From positions 1-48,841 of the forward strand of contig CAMBDT010000001.1 in NCBI GenBank assembly GCA_945865395.1: a stretch of DNA of 48,841 nt, read 5' to 3'. Both the position numbers and the translations under genes were made by a program. Positions within the stretch are counted from its first letter, which is position 1, and every line of letters starts with the position of its first letter. The DNA comes from Acidimicrobium ferrooxidans DSM 10331. Its GTDB lineage: Bacteria > Actinomycetota > Acidimicrobiia > Acidimicrobiales > Ilumatobacteraceae. The notes beneath the pieces were generated by a model, which worked only from the letters and a program-made list of their open reading frames with translations, was not told where the DNA came from and ran no database searches. Below are positions 35,707 to 45,047 of this stretch, in pieces.

Positions 35707-38387
35707 AGGCTCTCGCCGCCATTTTGCCGGAAATCAATGCATTGTCGGCCGAATATTTGGCTCTAAATGATGCTGCATTGCGAGGCAAGACGGCTGAATT
35801 TAAGTCGCGTCTTGAGCGTGGCGAGATGCTTGATGATCTGCTGATCGAGGCTTTTGCCGTCGTGCGCGAGGCAGCAACTCGCGTCATTGGTCAGCGCCAC
35901 TATGACGTTCAGTTAATGGGCGGTGCCGCGTTGCACGCGGGTTGGGTCGCCGAAATGAAAACCGGTGAGGGCAAGACGCTTGTTTCGACACTTCCCGCAT
36001 ATCTGAATGCTTTGTCGGGCAAAGGCGTGCATCAAATCACGACGAACGACTATCTCGCCCAGCGCGACGCCGAGTGGATGGGACAAATTCACAGGTGGCT
36101 CGGTTTGTCGGTGGGTCTGGTTGTGCCCGGTCGGCGTACAAGTTCTGTAGAAAAGCGCATCGACTATGCGAGCGACATTACATTCGGCACGAACAACGAG
36201 TTTGGTTTTGATTATTTGCGCGACAACATGGCTTCAACACTTGAAGACAAGGTGCAACGCGGTTTCAATTTTGCGATCGTCGACGAAGTTGACTCGATTC
36301 TGATCGACGAAGCACGAACGCCATTGATTATTTCTGGTCGTGTCGCCGATGCCGCGAAACTTTATTATCAGTTTGCGGCGATTGTGCGCACGCTCGTTCG
36401 AGATGTCGATTACGACGTCGAAGAAGCCAAGCGCATCGTTGTGCCGACAGAGTCGGGCATCGAGAAAGTCGAAAAGCAGTTGGGCATCGAAAATCTCTAC
36501 GACGAAGTTCAACAAAATCTCGTGCACCAACTTCAGGTCGCGCTCAAAGCAGCGGTTCTATATCAGCGCGACAAGGACTACATCATTCAAGACGGCGAAG
36601 TGAAAATCGTGGATGAATTCACGGGCCGCATTCTCGAAGGCCGTCGCTGGAGTGAAGGCATACACCAGGCGGTTGAAGCCAAAGAAGGTGTGAACATCAA
36701 AGAAGAAAACCAAACTTTGGCCACGATCACGCTGCAGAACTATTTCAGAATGTACGAAAAGCTTTCGGGCATGACAGGTACGGCACAAACCGAGGCCGCC
36801 GAATTAATGAACACTTACAACCTGCAAGTTGTGCCGATTCCGACGAATCGAGAGATGGTGCGTACTGATCAGGCCGACCAGATTTATAAATCAGAAGCGG
36901 CAAAGTTTGATGCTGTCGTGCGGGACATCGAAGAAAAGCACATCAAAGGTCAGCCTGTTTTGGTCGGCACCGTGAGCGTTGAAAAGAGCGAACAGTTATC
37001 AAAGAAGTTGCAACAACGCGGCATTCGCCACGAAGTTTTGAACGCCAAGCAGCACACTCGTGAAGCGATGGTTGTGACCCAGGCCGGTCGCCTTGGGGCG
37101 ATCACCGTTGCCACGAACATGGCAGGTCGTGGTGTCGACATTTTGTTGGGTGGCAACCCAGAGGGTTTGGCTCGACAAGATGTTCTCAAAGAGGGCTTTG
37201 ATCCGATGACTCTGCTTGACGAGTTCGCTTTGCCTGTGCCGCTTGATTCTATGCCACCTGATTTTTTGACGGCCCGCGAAAAAGCACAAAGCCGATATCG
37301 CGAGTTGTTGGCCAAATATATAGAGAGTTGCAAAGTTGAGGGTGACAAAGTTCGTCAAATCGGTGGTCTCTATGTCTTGGGCACCGAGCGCCACGAAAGT
37401 CGACGCATCGACAATCAGTTGCGTGGTCGCGCCGGTCGACAAGGTGACCTCGGCGAAAGTCGATTTTATTTAAGTCTCGACGACGAATTGATGCGATTGT
37501 TTGCCACCGGCGCACTTTCATGGGTGATGGGTCGCGCATTGCCAGATGACGAGGCGATCGAAGCAAAGATGGTGACCAAGGCGATTGAGCGTGCACAGAG
37601 CACCGTCGAGCAGCGCAACGGCGAGATTCGCAAAAACGTTCTTAAATATGACGAGGTAATGAACGAACAGCGCAAGATTATTTATCTACGTCGTGATCAA
37701 ATTTTGCAAGGACTCGACCTCAAGTCAGCGGCAATGGAATATTTGGCTGAAGCTGTTGATGCGTTGATCGAATCGCATTGCGTCGCCGAGGCTGACGACG
37801 AATGGGATGTCGACGGTTTGGTTCTTGAGCTGCGAACTTTCTGGCCTTCTGAAATAAGCGCACCTCAAGTTGCCCAATGCGATTCAACAGATGAGATCTA
37901 CGACCTTGTGATGGCCGACGCGAGTGCTTTCTACGCCAAACGAGAAGTTGAAATGACCGCGCCGGTGATGCGCGAGGTCGAGCGTCAAGTGATGCTCAAG
38001 ATCATCGACCAACGGTGGCGCGAACACCTTGAAGAAATGGATTATCTGCAAGAGGGCATCAATTTGCGGGCGATTGGTCAAAAAGATCCGTTGATCGAGT
38101 GGCAACGCGAGGGCTTTGAAATGTTCGGCGCGTTGATGAAGGGCATTGCCCAAGACTTCGTCAAATATGTGATGCATGTGCAGGTGATCAATAATTCGGC
38201 GCCGGCCAGCAAATTGAGCAACATTCAAGAAACCTCGGATGAAAACGTAGATCAAGCACCGAGCGCAAAGGCGAGCACCAGCAGCAGTGTTTTCGGTCAA
38301 CCAGATTGGTCGAAAACTCCGCGCAATTCGCCGTGCCCATGTGGCAGCGGCAAAAAATACAAGATGTGTCACGGCCGCGTCAGTTAA
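35658..38387 (+). CDS. secA: preprotein translocase ATPase SecA
   Basis: Start ATG 35658 ([17 protein letters not shown]). Walker [29 protein letters not shown]-terminal zinc motif [14 protein letters not shown]. It overlaps the comF end by 49 nt. Confidence 0.95.
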   Translation: MAILDRVLRAGEGKKVKALAAILPEINALSAEYLALNDAALRGKTAEFKSRLERGEMLDDLLIEAFAVVREAATRVIGQRHYDVQLMGGAALHAGWVAEMKTGEGKTLVSTLPAYLNALSGKGVHQITTNDYLAQRDAEWMGQIHRWLGLSVGLVVPGRRTSSVEKRIDYASDITFGTNNEFGFDYLRDNMASTLEDKVQRGFNFAIVDEVDSILIDEARTPLIISGRVADAAKLYYQFAAIVRTLVRDVDYDVEEAKRIVVPTESGIEKVEKQLGIENLYDEVQQNLVHQLQVALKAAVLYQRDKDYIIQDGEVKIVDEFTGRILEGRRWSEGIHQAVEAKEGVNIKEENQTLATITLQNYFRMYEKLSGMTGTAQTEAAELMNTYNLQVVPIPTNREMVRTDQADQIYKSEAAKFDAVVRDIEEKHIKGQPVLVGTVSVEKSEQLSKKLQQRGIRHEVLNAKQHTREAMVVTQAGRLGAITVATNMAGRGVDILLGGNPEGLARQDVLKEGFDPMTLLDEFALPVPLDSMPPDFLTAREKAQSRYRELLAKYIESCKVEGDKVRQIGGLYVLGTERHESRRIDNQLRGRAGRQGDLGESRFYLSLDDELMRLFATGALSWVMGRALPDDEAIEAKMVTKAIERAQSTVEQRNGEIRKNVLKYDEVMNEQRKIIYLRRDQILQGLDLKSAAMEYLAEAVDALIESHCVAEADDEWDVDGLVLELRTFWPSEISAPQVAQCDSTDEIYDLVMADASAFYAKREVEMTAPVMREVERQVMLKIIDQRWREHLEEMDYLQEGINLRAIGQKDPLIEWQREGFEMFGALMKGIAQDFVKYVMHVQVINNSAPASKLSNIQETSDENVDQAPSAKASTSSSVFGQPDWSKTPRNSPCPCGSGKKYKMCHGRVS

Positions 38388-38402
38388 AGCGAGTCTTGCA
38401 TC

Positions 38403-39503
38403 ATGAAAGATTTTTCGAGCGACCTTGCCGAATTGCGCCGCCGCATTGGTGAAGCGGCGCAGTATTTGAACATTGAAACTTCGCGTGGGCTACTCGTCGA
38501 ACTCGAAGGTGAAGTTGCCAAGCCAGATTTGTGGAACGACCAAGAACATGCGAAGAAAGTTAACTCGCAATACGCGTCATTGAAAGCCGACATCGACCAA
38601 TTCAATTTGCTTTCAGCCACCATTGATGATTTATGCGTTTTGCACGAACTTGCTCGTGCGGAAGATGACGCAACTCAAGAACCAGAGCTTGAGAAAGGCG
38701 TTGCATCGTGTCGCAGTCAACTTGACTCGCTTGAAATGCGCAGCATGTTTACGGGCGAGCACGACGAGTGCGATGTAATTTTGCAGATTAACGCCAAAGA
38801 CGGTGGTGTCGACGCCCAAGACTGGAGCGAAATGCTGCTGCGAATGTATCGACGCTGGGCCGAGCGTCGTGGGTTTGCGTTTGAAATTGGGGATGTTTCA
38901 ATCGGCACCGAGGCCGGTATTTTGTCGGCTGATGTGACGATTCGCGGTCGGTACGCATACGGACTATTAACAAGCGAGCGCGGAACACATCGCCTGGTGC
39001 GAATTAGTCCATTTGACAACCAAGGTCGTCGGCAGACAAGTTTTGCGTTGGTGCAGATTTGGCCGATTCTCGATCAGGCTGAACTCGAAATTAACGAAAG
39101 CGACATTCGCATGGAAGTTTTTCGTGCGTCGGGCGCAGGTGGTCAACATGTCAACAAGACGTCGTCGGCGGTGCGCTTGATTCACGAGCCGACTGGTCTG
39201 GTCGCTTCATCGCAGCAAGAACGCAGCCAATTGCAAAATCGTGAGAGCGCGATGAAACGTTTGAAGGCGATGATCATCGCCCAAGACGAAGAAGAGAAGG
39301 CCGCAGCGCTTTCGCAGATTGCCGGCAAGCAAGCCCAAGTCGGATGGGGCAGCCAAATTCGCTCGTATGTTTTGCAGCCATATCAAATGGTCAAAGATCT
39401 CAGGTCGAGTGTTGAAAGTAGCAACGTCACTGCAGTTCTTGACGGTGATTTAGATGAATTCATGGAAGGCTTTCTGCGTTGGCGGCGTTCTGACAGCGAG
39501 TAA
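38403..39503 (+). CDS. prfB: peptide chain release factor 2 (single uninterrupted ORF)
   Basis: SPF motif (RISPFD) and GGQ motif (SGAGGQHVNKT). 366 aa with no internal frameshift site. Confidence 0.95.
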   Translation: MKDFSSDLAELRRRIGEAAQYLNIETSRGLLVELEGEVAKPDLWNDQEHAKKVNSQYASLKADIDQFNLLSATIDDLCVLHELARAEDDATQEPELEKGVASCRSQLDSLEMRSMFTGEHDECDVILQINAKDGGVDAQDWSEMLLRMYRRWAERRGFAFEIGDVSIGTEAGILSADVTIRGRYAYGLLTSERGTHRLVRISPFDNQGRRQTSFALVQIWPILDQAELEINESDIRMEVFRASGAGGQHVNKTSSAVRLIHEPTGLVASSQQERSQLQNRESAMKRLKAMIIAQDEEEKAAALSQIAGKQAQVGWGSQIRSYVLQPYQMVKDLRSSVESSNVTAVLDGDLDEFMEGFLRWRRSDSE

Positions 39504-39545
39504 GCGTGATCGGCGGTTCGGTTCGACGATGGTAAGTTTGTCGCA

Positions 39546-40223
39546 ATGATTCGTCTTGAAAATGTGACGAAAATCTACGGAACCGAAACAGTTGCCGTAC
39601 GAGATGCTTCTTTTGATATCCCCAAAAGTCAGTTTGTTTTTTTGGTTGGGCCATCGGGTTCGGGCAAATCGACGCTGTTGCGCTTGATAAACCGCCAAGA
39701 ACAACCAGAACGCGGCGATGTTTGGGTTGCGGGTCAAAATATAAATGAGTTGCCAGCATCTCGAGTGCCTCATCTTCGTCGCAGCATGGGCAATGTGTTT
39801 CAAGATTATAAATTGCTGCTCAACAAAACTGTTTTCGAAAATGTGGCGTTCGCCCTCGAAGTAATCGGCAAACCGCGACATGTGATAGCCCGTCAGGTGC
39901 CAATCGTGCTCGACTTGGTCGGCTTGGCCGACAAACAAGACAGATTTCCGAATCAGCTTTCAGGCGGTGAGCAACAGCGAGTTTCAATTGCCCGAGCCTT
40001 CGTTAATCGGCCGTTAATCATGTTGGCCGACGAACCGACAGGCAATCTTGACCCGACTACCAGCGAAGGCATCATGGGTTTGCTTGACGAAATTAATCAG
40101 ACGGGCACGACCGTAATAATGGCGACTCACGATCATCGAGTCGTGAACGCGATGCGCAGGCGAGTGATTCAACTCGATCGTGGCGTAATTGTGCGAGACC
40201 AAGAACGCGGGGTTTACGAGTAG
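39546..40223 (+). CDS. ftsE: cell division ATP-binding protein FtsE
   Basis: Walker [13 protein letters not shown] signature LSGGEQQRV, 225 aa. Confidence 0.95.
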   Translation: MIRLENVTKIYGTETVAVRDASFDIPKSQFVFLVGPSGSGKSTLLRLINRQEQPERGDVWVAGQNINELPASRVPHLRRSMGNVFQDYKLLLNKTVFENVAFALEVIGKPRHVIARQVPIVLDLVGLADKQDRFPNQLSGGEQQRVSIARAFVNRPLIMLADEPTGNLDPTTSEGIMGLLDEINQTGTTVIMATHDHRVVNAMRRRVIQLDRGVIVRDQERGVYE

Positions 40224-41129
40224 ATGTTCTCACGCATTGCATACGCCTTTCGCGAAACTTGGGAGAGTTTTCGACGAAACTTGACTCTGACTGCCGCGGC
40301 GGTGTTGACTTCGGCTGTTTCGTTGCTTCTCGTCGGCGCAACATTTTTGATTCAACGCGCGTTCGAGAACTTGTTGGTGCAGTGGCGCGGCGACGTAGAA
40401 ATGATTGTCTTCGTGCGAAGTGACGCATCGGCAGAACAAGTCACGTTGATTGACTCGGTTTTGCGTGCCTCGCCAACAATTATTGACGTCGAAAAGTTGC
40501 GTTATTTGAACAAGACCGAAAGTTACGAAGAAGCCAAGCGAATTTTCGCTGGTGACCCCGTGACCCTTGGTTTGTTGACGCCAGAGACGATACCGACGCA
40601 ATTCAAAGTCGTGCCGCTTTCTGATGATCCGACTCTTGTTCGATCGCTGAGCGATCAATATCGCACTTTGCCTGGGGTTGAAGCGGTAGCACTGGCCGAA
40701 GACGAGTTCGAAGTCATTTCTACTTTGTCTAACTTCATTCGTGTCGTGACGCTGATTACTTCATTAGTGCTGTTACTTGTAGCCGTGGGTTTGATCTGGA
40801 ACACGATTCGCACGGCGATGTTTGCACGGCGTCGTGAAATAGAAGTGATGAAACTAGTTGGCGCAACCAACTGGTTTATTCGAATTCCGTTCATGTTAGA
40901 AGGCTTGTTGCAAGGCCTAATCGGTGGCGTCGTTTCTTGTGGTGGTTTGTGGGTCTTGAATTCGGCGTGGACTAGTGGCGTCACTAGTTTTAAACCTGGC
41001 ACGGGCATCAGTTCGCTTGTCGTGCCCGATAGTTATTTAACTTCGGTGATGTTTATTTTGCTGGGTATCGGCGCCTTTGTTGGCGCTGTCGGTTCGGCGA
41101 TTGCGGCGACGCGTTTTCTTGATGTTTAG
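40224..41129 (+). CDS. ftsX: cell division permease-like protein FtsX
   Basis: 301 aa. It starts at the nucleotide after the ftsE stop, with 4 TM helices and an extracytoplasmic loop domain. Confidence 0.9.
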   Translation: MFSRIAYAFRETWESFRRNLTLTAAAVLTSAVSLLLVGATFLIQRAFENLLVQWRGDVEMIVFVRSDASAEQVTLIDSVLRASPTIIDVEKLRYLNKTESYEEAKRIFAGDPVTLGLLTPETIPTQFKVVPLSDDPTLVRSLSDQYRTLPGVEAVALAEDEFEVISTLSNFIRVVTLITSLVLLLVAVGLIWNTIRTAMFARRREIEVMKLVGATNWFIRIPFMLEGLLQGLIGGVVSCGGLWVLNSAWTSGVTSFKPGTGISSLVVPDSYLTSVMFILLGIGAFVGAVGSAIAATRFLDV

Positions 41130-42000
41130 TCAAATCAACTATGAAGTGAGCGAGAATATCGCGACGATCACGTTGAATCGCCCAGAGAAACTTAATGCGT
41201 TTACAAACACAATGCTGCATGAGATCGTCGCCGCATTCGACTTGTCTGATGCCGACGACAATGTGCGAGCAGTGATCGTGACTGGTGCTGGTCGAGCATT
41301 TTGTGCCGGTGCCGATCTCTCTGCGGGTGGCGAAACTTTTAGTCGAGGTGGCAGTGATGTGACGGCTAAAAGTGGTGTTAGCGATGTCGATGCACGTTTG
41401 CCTCGCGATGGCGGCGGATTGGTGTCTCTGCGTATTTTTGAAAGTTTGAAACCGGTAATCGGGGCAATTAATGGTGCGGCTGTCGGTGTTGGCGTGACGA
41501 TGACTTTGCCGATGGACATTCGTTTGGCGAGCGATAGTGCAAAGTTCGGTTTTGTTTTTGCTCGACGGGGCATCATCACCGAGGCATGCTCTTCTTGGTT
41601 TTTGCCCCGCGTAGTTGGCATCTCGCGCGCAACTGAGTGGGTGTTCACTGGCCGAATGATTTTGCCAGATGAAGCTCGTGAAGCCGGTCTCGTGCGAAGT
41701 GTTCATGGTGCGAGCGATCTGCTTGGCACGGCACGCGCGCTAGCCAAAGAAATCGTCGATAATACGGCGCCAGTTTCTGTTGCGCTATCGCGACAGATGT
41801 TGTGGCGAATGCTCGGTGCTTCGCACCCAATGGAAGCCCATCGGGCTGAATCGCGCGGCATTTTGCAACGCGGTAAGTCTGCTGATGCACGCGAAGGTGT
41901 AATGAGTTTTCTTGAAAAGCGTGCGGCAAACTTCACGATGAAAGTTTCAAACGACATGCCAAATTTGTTTCCAGATTGGCAAGACCCTGAGTTCAGATAG
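41122..42000 (+). CDS. enoyl-CoA hydratase/isomerase (crotonase) family protein
   Basis: Start ATG 41122 (MFSQINYEVSENIATITLNRPEKLNAF) and GAGRAFCAGADL. It overlaps the ftsX stop by 8 nt. Confidence 0.85.
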   Translation: MFSQINYEVSENIATITLNRPEKLNAFTNTMLHEIVAAFDLSDADDNVRAVIVTGAGRAFCAGADLSAGGETFSRGGSDVTAKSGVSDVDARLPRDGGGLVSLRIFESLKPVIGAINGAAVGVGVTMTLPMDIRLASDSAKFGFVFARRGIITEACSSWFLPRVVGISRATEWVFTGRMILPDEAREAGLVRSVHGASDLLGTARALAKEIVDNTAPVSVALSRQMLWRMLGASHPMEAHRAESRGILQRGKSADAREGVMSFLEKRAANFTMKVSNDMPNLFPDWQDPEFR

Positions 42001-42403
42001 TTCGATCTTCGAGCAGGTTGGTGGCCTTTCGTTTTTCGAAAGGCTCGTCGACCGTTTTTATGAAGGTGTGGCAACCGATCAAGTCTTGATCGTGCTGTAT
42101 GAAGACCCACTAAATTTAGTCAAGGCACGCCAGCACTTGACTTGGTTTCTCGCTCAATACTGGGGCGGGCCGATGTTGTTCAATGAGAATCGCGGACACC
42201 CACAATTGCGAATGCGACACATGCCGTTTCGTATCGGCAATCTAGAGCGAGATCGGTGGCTGGTGCACATGCTGACAGCGGTAAATGAACTCGTCAGTGA
42301 CAACGAGATTCGTAGTGCGATGACCGAATATTTTGTTAAAGCCGCTGAGCATCTGCGCAACGATACGGGCTTGCCGATTTCTTCGGCTGAATATCCGAGA
42401 TAA
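41987..42403 (+). CDS. glbO: group II truncated haemoglobin (trHbO-like); start codon unresolved
   Basis: QYWGGPMLFNENRGHPQLRMRHMPFRIG is diagnostic. The conserved N-terminal helix SIFEQVGGLSFFERLVDRFYEG lies upstream of the first GTG (42068), in a stretch with no ATG/GTG/TTG back to the stop at 41939-41941. CTG 41987 is taken provisionally. Confidence 0.7.
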   Translation: MSSDSSIFEQVGGLSFFERLVDRFYEGVATDQVLIVLYEDPLNLVKARQHLTWFLAQYWGGPMLFNENRGHPQLRMRHMPFRIGNLERDRWLVHMLTAVNELVSDNEIRSAMTEYFVKAAEHLRNDTGLPISSAEYPR

Positions 42404-42406
42404 TTG

Positions 42407-42436
42407 GCTTGCGTCAGCTTGCGTCAGCTTGCGTCA
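42407..42436. repeat. 10-bp tandem repeat x3 (GCTTGCGTCA) between convergent glbO and trmH
   Basis: Read directly. The last unit contains the trmH stop codon (42434-42436, minus strand). Confidence 0.9.
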
Positions 42437-43237
42437 GCGAAGCACGTAGCAACTGATTGCTGCGGCAGCAGCGACATTTAGCGAATCAACATTTGGGTTC
42501 ATAGCAATTTTGACGCGAGCATCGGCACAGGCGAGCGCTTGTTGACTGAGACCCGCGCGCTCTGAACCAAAAACTATTGCTCGTTTTTGCATCGGGTCAA
42601 TTTCGATTTGGTCAATGTCGACCGAGTCGCTGCCCGGGGTAAGGGCAAAGACTTTAAAATCTTGAGCGCGCAATGTTTCAAGCGTCTGAACGATGTCGGC
42701 TGTGCGCGCAAAACTCAGGTTAAAAGCAGACCCCATAGAAACCCGCAGACTACGGCGAGAAAGTGGGTCGGCACTTGTCGTGTCGCAGATCAAACCATCC
42801 CAACCCAAACCAGTTGCGCAGCGCACGATCGCCCCGATATTGCTGGGGTTGTCAACTGCTTCGACAACAATTATTCGGTTGGCTTGCGCAATAACTTGGT
42901 CGACTGTTTGGGGTTCGAGGCGAAAGAAAACTCCGAGCGCACTGAGCGGCACGCCGAGACCTGTTGCTTGACGACGAATTTCGATGTCGGCAGTCAGACA
43001 CAAGCCACCGAGTTGAGAAACCTGCAGATGCAATCGCTCGGCTTGTTCGGCATCGCACAGCACGACTTCAGGTTTGTAGCCACTATTAAGTGCGCGCGCG
43101 ACGACGAGATCACCCTCGGCGATGAACCGACCGGCGGCAAGTGTTGATCGACGCTCGGCGATAGTCGTTAATTGGCGCTCGTTGAGACGCAGTGGGTCGA
43201 GTCGCGGGTCTTGGCTTGAGGTAATCGTCGTGATCAT
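42434..43237 (-). CDS. TrmH/SpoU family RNA 2'-O-methyltransferase
   Basis: 267 aa. SpoU C-terminal motifs IVFGSERAGLS and IAMNPNVDSLNVAAAAAI. Confidence 0.8.
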   Translation of the reverse strand: MITTITSSQDPRLDPLRLNERQLTTIAERRSTLAAGRFIAEGDLVVARALNSGYKPEVVLCDAEQAERLHLQVSQLGGLCLTADIEIRRQATGLGVPLSALGVFFRLEPQTVDQVIAQANRIIVVEAVDNPSNIGAIVRCATGLGWDGLICDTTSADPLSRRSLRVSMGSAFNLSFARTADIVQTLETLRAQDFKVFALTPGSDSVDIDQIEIDPMQKRAIVFGSERAGLSQQALACADARVKIAMNPNVDSLNVAAAAAISCYVLR

Positions 43238-43265
43238 TGCGAGTTCTAGCGCAAGTGTCGCAAGA

Positions 43266-44156
43266 TTAAAAATGCCAGGGGTATTTCGACCAGTCAGGGT
43301 CGCGTTTTTCGACGAAAGAATCGCGACCCTCGGTGGCTTCTTCGGTCATGTATGCGAGTCGAGTTGCTTCGCCGGCAAAAATTTGTTGACCGACAAGGCC
43401 GTCGTCTATCGCGTTGAACGCGAACTTCAACATGCGTTGGGCCATCGGGCTTTTTGCGTTGATTTCTTTTGCCCATTCGAGAGCGACTCTTTCGAGGTCG
43501 GCGTGATCAACTACGGCGTTGACCATGCCCATGCGGTGAGCATCTTCGGCAGAATATTCGCGGCCCAAAAAGAAAATTTCGCGGGCGAACTTTTGTCCGA
43601 CTTGACGGGCGAGATAAGCCGAGCCGAAGCCACCGTCAAAACTTGCAACATCGGCATCTGTTTGTTTGAACTTGGCGTGCTCTCTGCTGGCCAAAGTTAA
43701 GTCGCTGACAACGTGCAGACTGTGTCCGCCCCCAGCAGCCCAACCGGGTACGACGCAGATCACAATTTTTGGCATGAAGCGAATTAGTCGTTGCACTTCG
43801 AGAATGTGCAGTCGACCCGTGCTTGATTTGTTTTCGTCACCAGAATCGTATTGATAGCCATCTCGACCACGAATGCGCTGGTCTCCGCCACTGCAAAATG
43901 CCCAACCACCATCTTTGGGTGATGGACCGTTGCCAGTTAACAACACACACCCGACATCAACTGTCTGACGTGCGTGATCTAGGGCGCGATAAAGCTCGTC
44001 GACCGTGCTTGGGCGAAAGGCGTTGCGTACCTCGGGGCGGTTGAACGCGATGCGAACGGTGCCTTGATCTTTGGCGCGGTGGTAGGTGATATCACGGAAA
44101 GAAAAATCTTTGACTTCAGTCCATTTAGTTGTGTCAAATATTGCCGAAACGCTCAC
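43266..44156 (-). CDS. menB: 1,4-dihydroxy-2-naphthoyl-CoA synthase
   Basis: ITYHRAKDQGTVRIAFNRPEVRNAFRP and AFCSGGDQRIRG. I prefer GTG 44154-44156, 2 nt after the sulfotransferase stop. The track ORF extends to 44219. Confidence 0.9.
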   Translation of the reverse strand: MSVSAIFDTTKWTEVKDFSFRDITYHRAKDQGTVRIAFNRPEVRNAFRPSTVDELYRALDHARQTVDVGCVLLTGNGPSPKDGGWAFCSGGDQRIRGRDGYQYDSGDENKSSTGRLHILEVQRLIRFMPKIVICVVPGWAAGGGHSLHVVSDLTLASREHAKFKQTDADVASFDGGFGSAYLARQVGQKFAREIFFLGREYSAEDAHRMGMVNAVVDHADLERVALEWAKEINAKSPMAQRMLKFAFNAIDDGLVGQQIFAGEATRLAYMTEEATEGRDSFVEKRDPDWSKYPWHF

Positions 44157-44158
44157 TC

Positions 44159-44974
44159 TTATATTGTGGCAGCGCGAGAGGCAAATTCGGGTCGCGAGTT
44201 CAAGAATTGTTGCTCCCACTGTGCGCTTGCGCCATCTGATTGTCGCTTGGTTTGAGGCTCTGGCACTGCGTCGATCGGCGTGTTGATGTGATTCATTATT
44301 CGACGAACTGTCGCATCCATGTCGCGAGTCAGTTGTTCGTAAGTGACGAACAACGGGGTGATCGAATGCTTGGCGAAATATGCGTCCCAGTTTTTGTTGG
44401 CAACAGAAATTGTTTCAAGTGCTTCGACGATGGCCTGCTCGTCATAAATAGGTTCGCGAACTGCCGACATGTTGCTATTCCATTGATTTGATTGTTCGGC
44501 TCGCACGAGTGAAATAGCTTGGCGAACCTCGTTGTCGCGAGTGATGCGAATCCATTTGATGGGTGCATTCCAAAAATTGGCGTCAATGCCGCGCTGCAGC
44601 ATGTGCTCTTCGTATTGGTTGTAGTGCATCTTGATGCCGAATACGCCGTTGGGCGTCGTATTTAGTTCGGCCGCGCGATTTAGATATGCGCGCCAAGACG
44701 AGTCAGAGAAATATTCGATATTGCGCCAGGCGTTGCGCCCGGTGATTTTGCGAATTGCACCGATTAAAGCACCACGCAAGTTGAGTTTTGGCAAATTATT
44801 TTCGTTGCGAAAATTAGTGAAATTTTTGGTGTGGATATTCAGGTATTCCATCGGCATACCGGCCAAGCGAGTTGCGCGCAGAATTGAACAGAGCAATGTC
44901 GAGCCGGTGCGATGCACCGAGGCGATTGCCAATAGACAAGTCGTCGGGGTAGTCGACGTTTGATCTGATGGCAC
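44159..44974 (-). CDS. Stf0-type (PAPS-dependent) sulfotransferase
   Basis: 5'-PSB loop VHRTGSTLLCSIL and 3'-PB region WIRITRDNEVRQAISLVRAEQSNQW, closely matching the recalled mycobacterial Stf0 motifs. GTG start at 44972-44974. Confidence 0.75.
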   Translation of the reverse strand: MPSDQTSTTPTTCLLAIASVHRTGSTLLCSILRATRLAGMPMEYLNIHTKNFTNFRNENNLPKLNLRGALIGAIRKITGRNAWRNIEYFSDSSWRAYLNRAAELNTTPNGVFGIKMHYNQYEEHMLQRGIDANFWNAPIKWIRITRDNEVRQAISLVRAEQSNQWNSNMSAVREPIYDEQAIVEALETISVANKNWDAYFAKHSITPLFVTYEQLTRDMDATVRRIMNHINTPIDAVPEPQTKRQSDGASAQWEQQFLNSRPEFASRAATI

Positions 44975-45047
44975 GCTTATATTCTGGCAGGTCGCACTGA
45001 TAGCGTCGTGGCTTGACTATCAGCCAAGAAAGCAATGGAGTGAAAAG

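Noticed and set aside
38403-38520. Programmed +1 frameshift site in prfB (short ORF ending CTT TGA C)
   Set aside because: The RF2 ORF is continuous from MKDFSSDLAELRRR through the SPF and GGQ motifs. There is no in-frame TGA in the first 30 codons or so, so this prfB is not autoregulated by frameshifting.
41130-42000. smpB and tmRNA (ssrA) expected downstream of ftsX
   Set aside because: The region is fully occupied by a crotonase-family ORF with clear motifs. There is no SmpB-like ORF or tRNA-like acceptor end.
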